A stretch of 64,000 nt of DNA from Pseudomonadota bacterium (GCA_031416315.1 JANOTL010000075.1:14688-78687); one strand, 5' to 3'. Positions 1 through 9,916 are shown, numbered from the stretch's first letter. Translations and numbers: made by a program. The notes: generated by a model from the sequence alone, not told the origin.

Positions 1-2
1 TC

Positions 3-1100
3 GCCGACGAGATGGCGGAGTTCTTCAACCGTATGCAGGATCTCTCGAACTTCCCCGAGGACTTCACCGTCCGCACGTCGGTCGTCGAAAGCGGCAAGAA
101 CATCGCCTCCGCCTTCCAGCGGATCGACACCAACCTGAAACAGAACCGAACCGACCTGAACGAGCGCGTCGCCGAGCAGTCCCGCAAGCTCACCGACAAC
201 TTGGCCGAGATCGCCTCCCTCAACGTGAAGATCCAGGTCCAGGAGGCGGGCCAGAAGCAGGACGCCAACGACCTCCGTGACCAGCGCGACCGCCTCCTCC
301 AGGAGGTCACCGGCACGGTCGACTGCCATTACTACGAGGACAAGTTCGGGATGCTGATGGTGCGCGGCCCGAACGAGACCACGCTCGTCGACGCCGGCAA
401 CTCGTCCATCATCGAGCTCTCGCGCAACGGCGACAACGCCGGCATGTACGACGTCATGATCACCGACTGGGAAGGCAACCGTAGCCGCGACGTGACGAGC
501 ATGCTGGAAGGCGGCTCACTCGCCGCGTTCGTCAACATGCGCGACGAGGTCGTCCCCGACCTGATCGCAAAGAACAACGAGAGCGCTTTCACATTTGCCA
601 ATAATTTGAATGACGCGCATCGCGAGGGCTTTGGCCTGAAGGTTTACGCCGAGGCCCGGGGCCGAGACTTCTTCGCCATCGGTGGAGACGTCGACTCCGC
701 CGCCTCGTCCATTGCGCTCAGCGACGCCGTCGCCGAGTCGGTCGACGCCATCTCCGCCGGCATGTCGCCCTCGGCCCCCGGCGACAACGTCAACCTGCTC
801 CAGATCCTGAAGTTGAAGGACACGCGGCTCTACGGCGACGACAGTGACGCCACGTTCACCGACTTCTATGCCAACTACGTCGGCACGCTTGGCCTCGACG
901 TCTTACGCGCGAGCCATATCAAAGAAGCGAACGATATCGTCATGCAGGACCTGACGAAGCGGCGCGAGTCGACCTCGGGCGTCTCCCTCGATGAAGAGGC
1001 GACCAACCTCCTCAAGTGGCAGGCGAACTTCACGGCCTCTTCCAAGCTGATCACGACCGTCGACGAGATGCTCGAGACCGTGCTCTCGCTCAAACGCTGA
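3..1100 (+). CDS. flgK: Flagellar hook-associated protein 1 (5' truncated by window edge)
   Basis: ANDLRDQRD motif, C-terminal SGVSLDEEATNLLKWQ..FTASSKLI; directly upstream of flgL. Confidence 0.95.
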   Translation, partial: ADEMAEFFNRMQDLSNFPEDFTVRTSVVESGKNIASAFQRIDTNLKQNRTDLNERVAEQSRKLTDNLAEIASLNVKIQVQEAGQKQDANDLRDQRDRLLQEVTGTVDCHYYEDKFGMLMVRGPNETTLVDAGNSSIIELSRNGDNAGMYDVMITDWEGNRSRDVTSMLEGGSLAAFVNMRDEVVPDLIAKNNESAFTFANNLNDAHREGFGLKVYAEARGRDFFAIGGDVDSAASSIALSDAVAESVDAISAGMSPSAPGDNVNLLQILKLKDTRLYGDDSDATFTDFYANYVGTLGLDVLRASHIKEANDIVMQDLTKRRESTSGVSLDEEATNLLKWQANFTASSKLITTVDEMLETVLSLKR

Positions 1101-1117
1101 TCTAGGAGGCCCTAGCG

Positions 1118-2020
1118 ATGGTGCGCGTCTCCGAGAAAATGCGCTATGACACGGTGCAAAATCGCGTCGAGGACGCGAAGAACCAGAACATGCGGCAGAT
1201 GGACCGCCTGTCCTCGCAGAAGGACATCCTCAACCTGTCGGACGACCCGATCCGGGCGAAGCAAGCCATCCGCTTCCGCGACAACATCTACGACGTCACC
1301 CAGTTCCAGAAGAACATCGAGTTCTCGAAAGGGCTCCTCGAGCGCTCGGAGTCGGCGCTCCAATCGATCGGCGACAGCCTCATACGCGCCAAGGAGCTGT
1401 CGGTCGCGATGTCCAACGACACCTACGACGCGAACAGCAGAGACGCCACGGGCCGCGAGATCCGCGAGATCATGGAGGAGGTCGTCCAGCTCGCCAACTC
1501 GACTTTCAACGGGCGCTTCGTCTTCGGCGGCTTTCGCAACCAGACGCCGCCCTTGAACCTCGAAGGCGACTATCTGGGCGACGACGGCGCCCTCTTCCTG
1601 CAGGTGTCGAAAGACAACTTTCGCCAGGTGAATCTGCAGGCGCGCAACCTCTTCGACGCCTCGCCCGAGGACCGCGCCAAGGGGCACTTCGGCATGATGC
1701 AGACCATGACGGTCCTCTACGAGGGCCTGATCACCAACGACAAAGCCATGATCCGCAGGTCGATGGACGAGCTCGATTTTCAGCTCGAGAAGACGACGAG
1801 CTTCCAGGCCTCTCTCGGCGGCATGTGGAAGTCGCTCCACGACGCCGGCGACCGCCTCGCGAACGAGGAGGTGCAGAACCGCGCCGCCCTCTCCAAGGCG
1901 CAGGACGCCGACATCTACGACGCGACCTCGCAGTTCAAGCGCACGGAGGCGCAGCTGCAGGGGACTTTGCTGTCGTCCACGAAGATGTTGCAGCCGTCGC
2001 TTCTGAACTTCCTCCAATGA
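1118..2020 (+). CDS. flgL: Flagellar hook-associated protein 3
   Basis: Flagellin-like N-terminus (LSDDP, LANSTFNGRFVFGG), C-terminal QPSLLNFL; AGGAGG RBS. Confidence 0.95.
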   Translation: MVRVSEKMRYDTVQNRVEDAKNQNMRQMDRLSSQKDILNLSDDPIRAKQAIRFRDNIYDVTQFQKNIEFSKGLLERSESALQSIGDSLIRAKELSVAMSNDTYDANSRDATGREIREIMEEVVQLANSTFNGRFVFGGFRNQTPPLNLEGDYLGDDGALFLQVSKDNFRQVNLQARNLFDASPEDRAKGHFGMMQTMTVLYEGLITNDKAMIRRSMDELDFQLEKTTSFQASLGGMWKSLHDAGDRLANEEVQNRAALSKAQDADIYDATSQFKRTEAQLQGTLLSSTKMLQPSLLNFLQ

Positions 2021-2131
2021 GAAATTGATCTTTTGCCAAAGCATGGCCATTTGCATGAAAATCGCGGATAATCTTTAGATACGACAGCTCTTGGTGCGGT
2101 TCGGTCAAGGGAGCCATGGAGGGTTCTCACG

Positions 2132-2440
2132 GTGCTCGTTCTGACGCGAAAAGTGGGCGAGGGAATCGCCATTGGTGACGACGTCAAAATCGTCGTCATG
2201 CAAATCAAAGGGAAGCAGGTCCGCCTCGGGATCAAGGCCTCGCCGTCGACGGCCGTGCACCGCGAAGAGATCTACCAGAAGATCCAGGATGAGAACCGGG
2301 CGGCGAGCTCGCCGCGCCCGGACGCCGTGCGCGAGGCCGGCGGCATGCTCGCCGGCAGCGCCGTGGCGTCGGGGGACACGACGCAGGCTCCGCTGCGCAA
2401 GACGGTGAAGATGACGCCCCCCAAAGGGTCTGGCGAATAG
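2132..2440 (+). CDS. csrA: Carbon storage regulator CsrA with C-terminal extension
   Basis: [18 protein letters not shown]...VRLGIKA...HREEIY. Confidence 0.97.
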   Translation: MLVLTRKVGEGIAIGDDVKIVVMQIKGKQVRLGIKASPSTAVHREEIYQKIQDENRAASSPRPDAVREAGGMLAGSAVASGDTTQAPLRKTVKMTPPKGSGE

Positions 2441-2469
2441 GCTCCGCTATCTTTCTTCCGTCGCGGGGC

Positions 2470-2499
2470 TTGAAGCGCTCACGCACGGTACGGTAAGCT
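2470..2499 (+). promoter_or_regulatory. Candidate sigma70 promoter for fliW
   Basis: TTGAAG-N18-TAAGCT. Confidence 0.35.
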
Positions 2500-2574
2500 A
2501 GGACAAGCACACTCAGCGAACGAAGACAGGGACGAAGTAGGTCGCGCGATTCATGCGCGCGATGGAGGGTTCGT

Positions 2575-3129
2575 GTGATCCAGGTGAAAACGACGCGATT
2601 CGGCGAGATCGAAGTCAAGGACGCGGATCTGATCGAGCTTCCGGCCGGTCTGATCGGCTTCCCGGAGCTGAAGCGCTACGTCATTCTCGATCACGACAAG
2701 GACTCGCCGTTCAAATGGCTGCAGTCCCTGGACGACGGCGCCATCGCCTTCGTGCTGATCAATCCCCTGCTCTTCAAGCCGGATTACACCGTCGAGGTCA
2801 CCGAGGCGGAAGTCTCCGACCTCGGCCTGAAGACGGAAGAAGACGCGGTCATCAGCGTGATCATCACGATCCCGACGAACCCGCAGAACATGACGGCGAA
2901 CCTCAAGGCGCCGCTCGTGTTCAACCTGCAGACGCGCCGCGGAAAACAGCTCGTCCTGTCGAACTCGGCGTATACGACGCGGCACAACATCATGGAAGAA
3001 GTGCGCAAGCAGTCGACGACCGGCGAATCGACGAGCGTGCAGGAAGCGATCGCGAAGGCGAAGCAGGATCAGGAAGGGAAGAAAGACACTGCGCAGGTGG
3101 CGGTGGGTGGCGATAAAACGGGGAAATAG
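2575..3129 (+). CDS. fliW: Flagellar assembly factor / CsrA antagonist FliW
   Basis: TTRFGEIEV, GLIGFPE, PFKWLQS, MTANLKAPLVFN; adjacent to csrA. Confidence 0.96.
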   Translation: MIQVKTTRFGEIEVKDADLIELPAGLIGFPELKRYVILDHDKDSPFKWLQSLDDGAIAFVLINPLLFKPDYTVEVTEAEVSDLGLKTEEDAVISVIITIPTNPQNMTANLKAPLVFNLQTRRGKQLVLSNSAYTTRHNIMEEVRKQSTTGESTSVQEAIAKAKQDQEGKKDTAQVAVGGDKTGK

Positions 3130-3162
3130 AGCGGCTTCGCGTGCCATTCTACCGATGAAGAT

Positions 3163-3186
3163 GCCCGCCTTTCGGCGGGCTCTTTC
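3163..3186 (+). terminator. Intrinsic terminator after fliW
   Basis: GCCCGCC-TTTC-GGCGGGC followed by TCTTT. Confidence 0.6.
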
Positions 3187-3299
3187 GTCGGCGTGTCCGC
3201 CGTGGGCCGAAGGCGTTTCGCCCCTCGCCTCAAATTCGCCACTCCCAACAAAGCTAAGCTCACAAGCCTACCCGCCCCCCATCGTCTATCTTCCTCCCC

Positions 3300-3926
3300 A
3301 TGACGTACTCCTTCTCCATCATTTTCCTCCTAGCCAGCGTCTACGCCGACCTCAAGCCCGTGCTCGACGCCACCTGTCTGCGCTGCCACAATCCGCGCGG
3401 TGCCGCCGGCTTCCTGCCGCTGACGACGCTTGAGGAGATCAAGCCGAATCGGGAGGCGATGGTCTCGGCCCTCGCGGACGGCTACATGCCCCAGGGCAAT
3501 CCGACGTTCAAGGACACGCCCGACGGCCTGCGCCTGCAAGATTGGTTGAAGACCGGTACCGATCTCGTCCCGGCCCAGCCCTGTCCAGATCCCGGGCCGC
3601 CGCATCTCCTCATGCGCGATCCGCGCGAGCTGCGTTATGAGGATCTGAAGCCGATCGTCGACCGCAAATGCACCGGCTGCCATGGCTCCGAAGGACGCAT
3701 GGCGCGCAAGCCGCTCACGAGCCTGGCCGAGATCCGGCGGCATGCTCGCGACGCCTGGAATGAGCTCGACTTCGGGACGATGCCGCAGAACGACCGCGAA
3801 TTCGCCTACACGCCGGACGGGCGCGCGCTCGCGGCGTGGCTGCGTTTCGGCGCCGACGTCACCTGGCGCGAGCCGGGCGGCGGCGATGACGACGACGACC
3901 GAATCATCGTCGGAGACGACGACTAG
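3300..3926 (+). CDS. Secreted di-haem c-type cytochrome (two tandem His/Met domains)
   Basis: CLRCH and CTGCH, each followed by a MPQ distal Met; internal duplication (DLKP..D..CxxCH...MPQ...TPDG..L..WL..G). Confidence 0.8.
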   Translation: MTYSFSIIFLLASVYADLKPVLDATCLRCHNPRGAAGFLPLTTLEEIKPNREAMVSALADGYMPQGNPTFKDTPDGLRLQDWLKTGTDLVPAQPCPDPGPPHLLMRDPRELRYEDLKPIVDRKCTGCHGSEGRMARKPLTSLAEIRRHARDAWNELDFGTMPQNDREFAYTPDGRALAAWLRFGADVTWREPGGGDDDDDRIIVGDDD

Positions 3927-3955
3927 TGCGTACCCTTCACCCTTTGGAGCTCATC

Positions 3956-4360
3956 ATGCGAACCTTTGCACGCAACGTCCTCATCACCCTGACCCTCGCC
4001 GCAAGCGCCACCGGCGCCCACGCCGCCTGCGACCCGACCCCGATCCTCGAGATCGACATCGCCGCCATGGTGTTCGCGCCCGCGGACACGGAAGTCTGTC
4101 TCGGCCAGACGGTGCGCTGGACGAACAAGGAGCCGACCGGCGTGCCGCGGCCGATTCGGCACACCGTGACGGCAGACGCGACGCTGGCGTTTGATCCGCT
4201 GAATGTCGTCATTCCCGAAGGTGCGGAGCCCTTCCATTCGGGCTTCCTTCTCCCCGGCGCGACTTTTGAGCACACGTTCACCGTGCTCGGCGAGTACAAA
4301 TACATCTGCGTGCCGCATGAGGAGATGGGGCATTTCGGGACGCTGCGCGTCGTTGAGTAA
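3956..4360 (+). CDS. Cupredoxin (plastocyanin/pseudoazurin-like blue copper protein)
   Basis: Signal peptide, F.P...V..GQTVRWTN, HTV, YKYICVPHEEMGH; GGAG RBS before ATG 3956. Confidence 0.9.
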   Translation: MRTFARNVLITLTLAASATGAHAACDPTPILEIDIAAMVFAPADTEVCLGQTVRWTNKEPTGVPRPIRHTVTADATLAFDPLNVVIPEGAEPFHSGFLLPGATFEHTFTVLGEYKYICVPHEEMGHFGTLRVVE

Positions 4361-4410
4361 GGTCGCCATGATAAGCTGAGGCGCCAGAACACGTAGTAAA
4401 GGCGCTCACC

Positions 4411-4938
4411 ATGCTTCGCTTGCCGTTCCTCGTCTTGCTCCTTTGCTCGGGCCTCGCGCGTGCAGAGGACGCAAGCTTCGCGGCCGTCGGAAAGGGCATC
4501 TTCGCCGCGGTGAAGGGCGGAAAGCCGTTGGCGCCGTTCGTGCAGTCCGAGGGCTTCGAGCTGACGTACGGCGGCTCCGACCGCGTCGACGGGACCAAGA
4601 ATGCCTCGCCGGTGAAGCTCGCGGCCAAAAAAATCGACGAAAAGATCGAAGTGGTCGTCAAGGCCGACGGCAGGGGCTGGATGGTGGAGGAATCGAAGCA
4701 GAAGCCAAAGGCGCGCACCTTCAAGCACGTGCTGCGAATCGCGGACGAGCTGCGCCACGGCATGCCGGTAGCGGACCTCGACTCCTACCTCGTCACGAGC
4801 CTCGACGAAAAGGCGCGCAAGGTTACGATCGGCAACACGTCGGTCACGGTCGAGTTCGCGCTGGCGAAGGAGGGGGAAGGCAAGAAGGCTCCGTGGAAGA
4901 TCCGCACGGTCGCCCTCTCGGAGGACGACCCGGGATAG
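4411..4938 (+). CDS. Secreted hypothetical protein
   Basis: Signal peptide (…GLARA), high-GC3 codon usage. Confidence 0.7.
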   Translation: MLRLPFLVLLLCSGLARAEDASFAAVGKGIFAAVKGGKPLAPFVQSEGFELTYGGSDRVDGTKNASPVKLAAKKIDEKIEVVVKADGRGWMVEESKQKPKARTFKHVLRIADELRHGMPVADLDSYLVTSLDEKARKVTIGNTSVTVEFALAKEGEGKKAPWKIRTVALSEDDPG

Positions 4939-6993
4939 TCAAGAACGCTTTTCTCCCCGCAAAAGCCTCTCCGCATCCGCCAACCCATCCGGCGACCCGA
5001 TCAAGTGCGCGACGTCCCCAGGCCGGAACACGAAATCTCCTCCCGGCACCGTCGTCCCCAACCCATCCCGGAAAATCGAGACCACCGAGGTTCCCGTCCT
5101 TTCGCGCAGATTGAGGTCGGCGAGGGTGCGGTTGACGGCGGCATACTGGTCGCCGATGCGCATCGGGCGGATCGAAGACAAAGCCTCCCAGGACGGGAGA
5201 TTCAAGGTCGGGCTCTGCAGCGCCGAGGTCATTTGCGCGAACGTGTTGAGTTGTTGCCGCGCTTGCTGCATGTAGCTTCGGATCTCGTCCGACTCGACGC
5301 CGTAAACTTTCAGGGCCCGCGCCAAAAGCTCGACCGAAGTCTCCACCTCGGCGACGACGATGTCCAAGGCCGGATCGCGCTTGATGGATTCGAGCTCGCG
5401 CAGATACTGCGCGCGGACGATGATCTGGACGTCCGGACGCAGCGCGCGCACCTCGGCGATGATGTGGGGCACGATCTTCGAGCCGGATACCGAGATCACC
5501 ACGAGCTTGGCCTCGCCGAGGCCCGCGTGCTCCAGGACGTCGCCCCGCGTCGCGTCGCCGAAATGCACCGGCACGCCCTCGGCCTTCAGCTTCTTCACCA
5601 TGTCGTAATTGAGCTCGATCGCCTGAAAATGGATGCCGAGCGCGTCCATCGCGGCCGCCATGTTTTTTCCGGCGATGCCGAAGCCGATGATGATGGCGTG
5701 GCCGACTCCGCCTTTTTTCAGGGTCGAGCGCAGGCCGCGGCCCTCCGGCGAGGCGCCCGCCGCGCGCCACGCCGAGCCGCCGAAGCGCGCGTTGAGGGCC
5801 AGCTTCGGCGCGAGGCGGAAAAGAAAGGGAGTAAACACCATCGAGAGCACCGAGACGCTGAGAAAGTACTGATGCTCGTCCTTGGTGAAGAGCCCGAGGT
5901 CGAGCCCGCGCGACGCGAGGATGAACGAGAACTCGCCGACCTGCGCGATCATCAGCGCGACGATCGCCGCGATCGAAAGGGGCGAGCGGTTGAACAGGCA
6001 GACGATGACGCCGATGAAGGCCTTGATCGCCAGACCCGCCAAACCGAGGCCCAGGACCATGGCGAGGTGCGTGAAGACGAAATTGAGGTCGAGCAGCATG
6101 CCGATCGAGGCGAAGAAAAGGCCGAGGAAGTTGTCCCGCATCGGCACCACGTCGGCCGTCACCTGTCTTCCGTAGGGGCTTTCCGACACCATCATCCCCG
6201 CGGCAAAGGCGCCGAGGCCGAGGGACAGGCCCCCGAGGTGGAAGAGATAGGCGACGCCGAGCAGGAGAAAGAGGACGCAGAAGAAGAAGACCTCGCGGCT
6301 CCGCGTGCTCACCACCTTCTCGAAAAACAAGGGGATCACGTAGCGAGACAACGTATAGAGGAGGGCGAGTGAGCCCACGACCTTGCCGACCGTGAGCAGC
6401 GCGCCGCGCACCGACCAGAACTCGGCCAGGGAATCGCCGAGCGAGGCGCCGACCGCCGACACGACGCCGCCGCCGGCCGCCAGAAAGGGAAGGGCGAGCA
6501 TCATCGGGATGACCGCGAGATCCTGGAAGAGGAGGATCGAGACGGCGCTCTTGCCGTAAGGCGTCTCGACGTCCCGCGCGTCCTGCAGGAGCTTCATCAC
6601 CAAAGCCGTCGAGCTCAGGGCGATGAGGCAGCCGAAGAAGACGCCTTTCGGCATCGACACGCCTAGGACCCCGTGTGCGACGATCGCCGTCAGCATCACG
6701 GTGAGGAGGACCTGCAGGAGCCCGAGCTTGAGGAATTCGCGCCGGAGCTCGATCAATTTTCGAAACGAGAACTCGAGCCCGATGGTGAACATCAGGAAAA
6801 CGCCGGCGATCTCCGCCAAACTGTCGGCCGCCGGGAGCGACGAGACGAGGCCGATGCCGGAGGGGCCGACCAGCATGCCGGCGACGATGAAGCCGACGAT
6901 GGTTGGGAGCTTCAGCCAAAAGCAAACGGTCGCCACCAGCGTCGCGGCGCCGAATAGGATCAAGAGCTCTAAGAAGATTCCGGAATCGATCAT
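4939..6993 (-). CDS. CPA2 monovalent cation:proton antiporter (KefC/YbaL-like) with TrkA-N and TrkA-C domains
   Basis: GILLFQDL-like SILLFQDL, AQVGEFSFI, IIGFGIAG Rossmann motif, GDAT, C-terminal RCK-C. Confidence 0.9.
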   Translation of the reverse strand: MIDSGIFLELLILFGAATLVATVCFWLKLPTIVGFIVAGMLVGPSGIGLVSSLPAADSLAEIAGVFLMFTIGLEFSFRKLIELRREFLKLGLLQVLLTVMLTAIVAHGVLGVSMPKGVFFGCLIALSSTALVMKLLQDARDVETPYGKSAVSILLFQDLAVIPMMLALPFLAAGGGVVSAVGASLGDSLAEFWSVRGALLTVGKVVGSLALLYTLSRYVIPLFFEKVVSTRSREVFFFCVLFLLLGVAYLFHLGGLSLGLGAFAAGMMVSESPYGRQVTADVVPMRDNFLGLFFASIGMLLDLNFVFTHLAMVLGLGLAGLAIKAFIGVIVCLFNRSPLSIAAIVALMIAQVGEFSFILASRGLDLGLFTKDEHQYFLSVSVLSMVFTPFLFRLAPKLALNARFGGSAWRAAGASPEGRGLRSTLKKGGVGHAIIIGFGIAGKNMAAAMDALGIHFQAIELNYDMVKKLKAEGVPVHFGDATRGDVLEHAGLGEAKLVVISVSGSKIVPHIIAEVRALRPDVQIIVRAQYLRELESIKRDPALDIVVAEVETSVELLARALKVYGVESDEIRSYMQQARQQLNTFAQMTSALQSPTLNLPSWEALSSIRPMRIGDQYAAVNRTLADLNLRERTGTSVVSIFRDGLGTTVPGGDFVFRPGDVAHLIGSPDGLADAERLLRGEKRS

Positions 6994-7045
6994 CCCGGCA
7001 GTTTACCAGATTGCCCGAGGCGGCGGCACCTAGTCGGAAAGCCCC

Positions 7046-9916
7046 TTACGGCAGAACCGGCAGTCGGAAGTCGAAAGATACCGAGGCGCTGTAAGCCTCG
7101 ACGAAGAGCAAAGCCTCGCCCGTCGGCGTGATCGAGGCGTCGAGCTTCGGCATCGCAGCGAGACCCCCGAGCGCGTCGATGATCGATGACGCCGGCTTCA
7201 ACCTGCCCCCGTTCGAGGGGTCTGGGCCGAAGCGTACGGCTTTGGCACCCTTGATCGTTCCATCGACCGTCAGCATCAACATCCCGCCGCCTTCAGAAAC
7301 GGCCATGCGGACCAATGTCGTCGGGTCGAAGACAGCACCGTCCAAGCTCGCAATCATAGCGGGAGAGAACGCTCCGTTCGCATCGACGGACGCGACGCCG
7401 AATTGGCCGCTGCCGTCGTTGGTGGCCATGAAGTACCGCTCATTCGTCGTAAAAAACGCTGCGGGACGGGCATTCTGGAACCATAACAAATTTCCGCCCA
7501 CCACTCCGGCGCTGACACGACTCAAGCGCACGGACGGATCCCCCGTAGTCCCCGCAGGAGGGGGGTCTTTGAAGACGATGTCGAATCGGTCGACGCCGAG
7601 CTTGCCGATCCCGAGAAGCTCGGCGCCGGCGCCTTGGTAGATCAGAGAAGGCGCCGACCAAGCGCGCGGGCCGCCGCCTGCAGGGAAGCGGATCGTGCGC
7701 ATCTCGACCGACGGATCGCCCGCCGCCGGCTGGCGGGTCCAGGCGACGACGCCGTTACCTTGGTCGTCGAGGGTCGCTTGCATGACTCCGATAAGGGCCG
7801 AGCCGACGACGAGGTCGAGTGGGCTCAGCGGCCACTTCAGTCCGGGAGTCGCACCGTTCGGAAGATATGTGCCGTAGAGAGCCTTCCAGTTGCTCCCGTA
7901 ATTGTAGGTCACCACATGATCGCCATTATTGTTGGTGACGACTTTGACCGTCGTAGGAAGGTCTACGTACGGCGTTTTGGCCTCGAGGTCGGGATCATAT
8001 TTTAACATTCCATCCCGCGTGACGCGGTTGTCGAATATTAAGTAGGGCGAAGAAATCCCTTTAGTGCCGATCACCACGGCATCTCCGGCCTCGTTTATCG
8101 AGACGCTTACCAGATAGGGTTTGGCAAGCAGGCCCGACCGGGCGAGGGTGGTTGGTTGCCAGGTGCCGGTGTTGGTGGCGGCGTCGTACTTCCAGCGCCT
8201 CACAAACACACAAAATCTCGAGGTCGGGTCGACGTCCTTGCTCCACGCAAAGACGATGTCCCGATTGGCGCCCATTGCCGCGACACTTTCGCCTGGGGCG
8301 ACCGCAACCTGATCCATCGTCGGGTCGAGAAGGCTCGTCCAGACACCGCCGTCCGCACCGAACCGCTTCGCCGTCATGCCGAACGAATGTCTCTTGAGCA
8401 AGACCACGTCGCCGCGGGCATTGCTCAAGAAATGTTGCAGGTTCTCGCCGCCGACGATCAAGCCCGGCGTCGCCGCCGACCACTGCGCGGGACTCGTCCG
8501 GAACATCATCGACTGTGCTTGCGACGTCGCGAACCTCCCATCCCGCAAGCCACTCGAGATCGCGATCCTATAGGCCGAGTCGACGCGCAAATCGCGATTG
8601 AAGTCGACGCGCAAGCGGTCGCCTTCCACGACCACGGTCGAGGGGATCGCCTCGCCGGTCGTGAGGTCCAGGAGCGCGACCGTCGCCGAAGACGCTAGGA
8701 AGGGAACGGTGCCGGTATTGACGCTCGCGACCTCGAGCTTTCGATCAAAAATCATGTCTATGCCGCGCGCACGCGGATCGAGGGTACTTCCTGGCGCAAC
8801 GCTGAGATGGAGGAGCTTGGCGCCCCCGTCACTCGGCTCGACCGCAGTCCCTGGCGCTTCGCCGTCTGGCGTCGTGGCGGAGTCCGAGCCGAGCGGGATT
8901 GCAACCGACTCCGTCGACCAGGCAGATGCCGTGATCCTTTCCAGCGCATCGCGACACTCGACGCGGCAGAATGCCGTGCGAACAACCTTATCCGGCGGGA
9001 CCATCGTCGAGCCAGAGGTCTCGGTGCGGGTGGGGACGCGATATTGAGCCCTGATGCGGTCGCTGCCGAAAGCCACCGAACAATACTGTACGGGCGTGCT
9101 CGCCGACGCGCTGCAGTAAAGCGTGCGACTCCGCTCATCGAACTTGATCGAAGGGGTCGACCAGGTCGTCACTGCTTCTGCACGGGTCGTCGTCGCACGA
9201 GTGACGGCCGTCTGCAGCTCCGTCGTGGCGACGATGCGTTTCTCGAGCGCTCGATCCGAGAGCGCCGGCTGGTAGACGCCGAAGAACTGGATGGCGAAGC
9301 TGACGTTACCGTCGGGAAGGAAGGTCAGCTCGCTGGGGGGAATGGCGCCCACGACGTAGCGATTCTCGGCCGCGACGAAGACCCGAAAGGCGATGAAGAC
9401 GCGCGCACGATCGAGCTCGACGAGGCCAAGGCCTTCTCCGAGCGCCACGGAGACGGTGAACGGCACCGCGGCGTCGATTGGAGTCGAGGAGTTGACGATG
9501 ACGGCGGCGCCGGCGGTGCTGATGAAGTTGTCCGTCTCGAGGCCGAGCTCGTCGGCGAGGCCGCCGCCGACGATCGACTCCCCCTCCTCGACGGAGACCT
9601 CGGTGTCGATCGCGAGGGCACCCGGCGGAAACGAGACGCTGGAGCTCGAGATGGCTGACCCGCCGCTCGCCTGCACGAGCTGCGCTGACGTGCTGGCCTT
9701 GCTCACCTTGGCGGTGACGACCGCTCCGTCATCTTGCAGGACGACTGGTTGATTCGAAGCGGGAACTGCGGCGGTCGGCAAGGCGATGACCGAAGCCAAC
9801 GGTCTCGTACTCTTGTCCGTTTTCTGCGCCGCTTTGTCTTGGCTGAGAAAGCCGGGCCCGTTGAGACACCCGCTCAGCAAAAAGACAACCATCAATGCGA
9901 TATGCTTGCCGTTCAT
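7046..9916 (-). CDS. Large multidomain lipoprotein (ZU5-like N-domain, Ig-like domain, propeller-like C-terminal repeats)
   Basis: Lipobox LLSGC; SVSFPPGAL; FDRKL...L....Y...IS.GLRD..F.T Ig-like signature; repeated N/DxxG(D/N)xVV(AW). Confidence 0.65.
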   Translation of the reverse strand: MNGKHIALMVVFLLSGCLNGPGFLSQDKAAQKTDKSTRPLASVIALPTAAVPASNQPVVLQDDGAVVTAKVSKASTSAQLVQASGGSAISSSSVSFPPGALAIDTEVSVEEGESIVGGGLADELGLETDNFISTAGAAVIVNSSTPIDAAVPFTVSVALGEGLGLVELDRARVFIAFRVFVAAENRYVVGAIPPSELTFLPDGNVSFAIQFFGVYQPALSDRALEKRIVATTELQTAVTRATTTRAEAVTTWSTPSIKFDERSRTLYCSASASTPVQYCSVAFGSDRIRAQYRVPTRTETSGSTMVPPDKVVRTAFCRVECRDALERITASAWSTESVAIPLGSDSATTPDGEAPGTAVEPSDGGAKLLHLSVAPGSTLDPRARGIDMIFDRKLEVASVNTGTVPFLASSATVALLDLTTGEAIPSTVVVEGDRLRVDFNRDLRVDSAYRIAISSGLRDGRFATSQAQSMMFRTSPAQWSAATPGLIVGGENLQHFLSNARGDVVLLKRHSFGMTAKRFGADGGVWTSLLDPTMDQVAVAPGESVAAMGANRDIVFAWSKDVDPTSRFCVFVRRWKYDAATNTGTWQPTTLARSGLLAKPYLVSVSINEAGDAVVIGTKGISSPYLIFDNRVTRDGMLKYDPDLEAKTPYVDLPTTVKVVTNNNGDHVVTYNYGSNWKALYGTYLPNGATPGLKWPLSPLDLVVGSALIGVMQATLDDQGNGVVAWTRQPAAGDPSVEMRTIRFPAGGGPRAWSAPSLIYQGAGAELLGIGKLGVDRFDIVFKDPPPAGTTGDPSVRLSRVSAGVVGGNLLWFQNARPAAFFTTNERYFMATNDGSGQFGVASVDANGAFSPAMIASLDGAVFDPTTLVRMAVSEGGGMLMLTVDGTIKGAKAVRFGPDPSNGGRLKPASSIIDALGGLAAMPKLDASITPTGEALLFVEAYSASVSFDFRLPVLP

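Noticed and set aside
2034..2049. sigma54-like GG-N10-GC on the minus strand
   Set aside because: Antisense to flgL, non-consensus -12 (TGGC), likely chance
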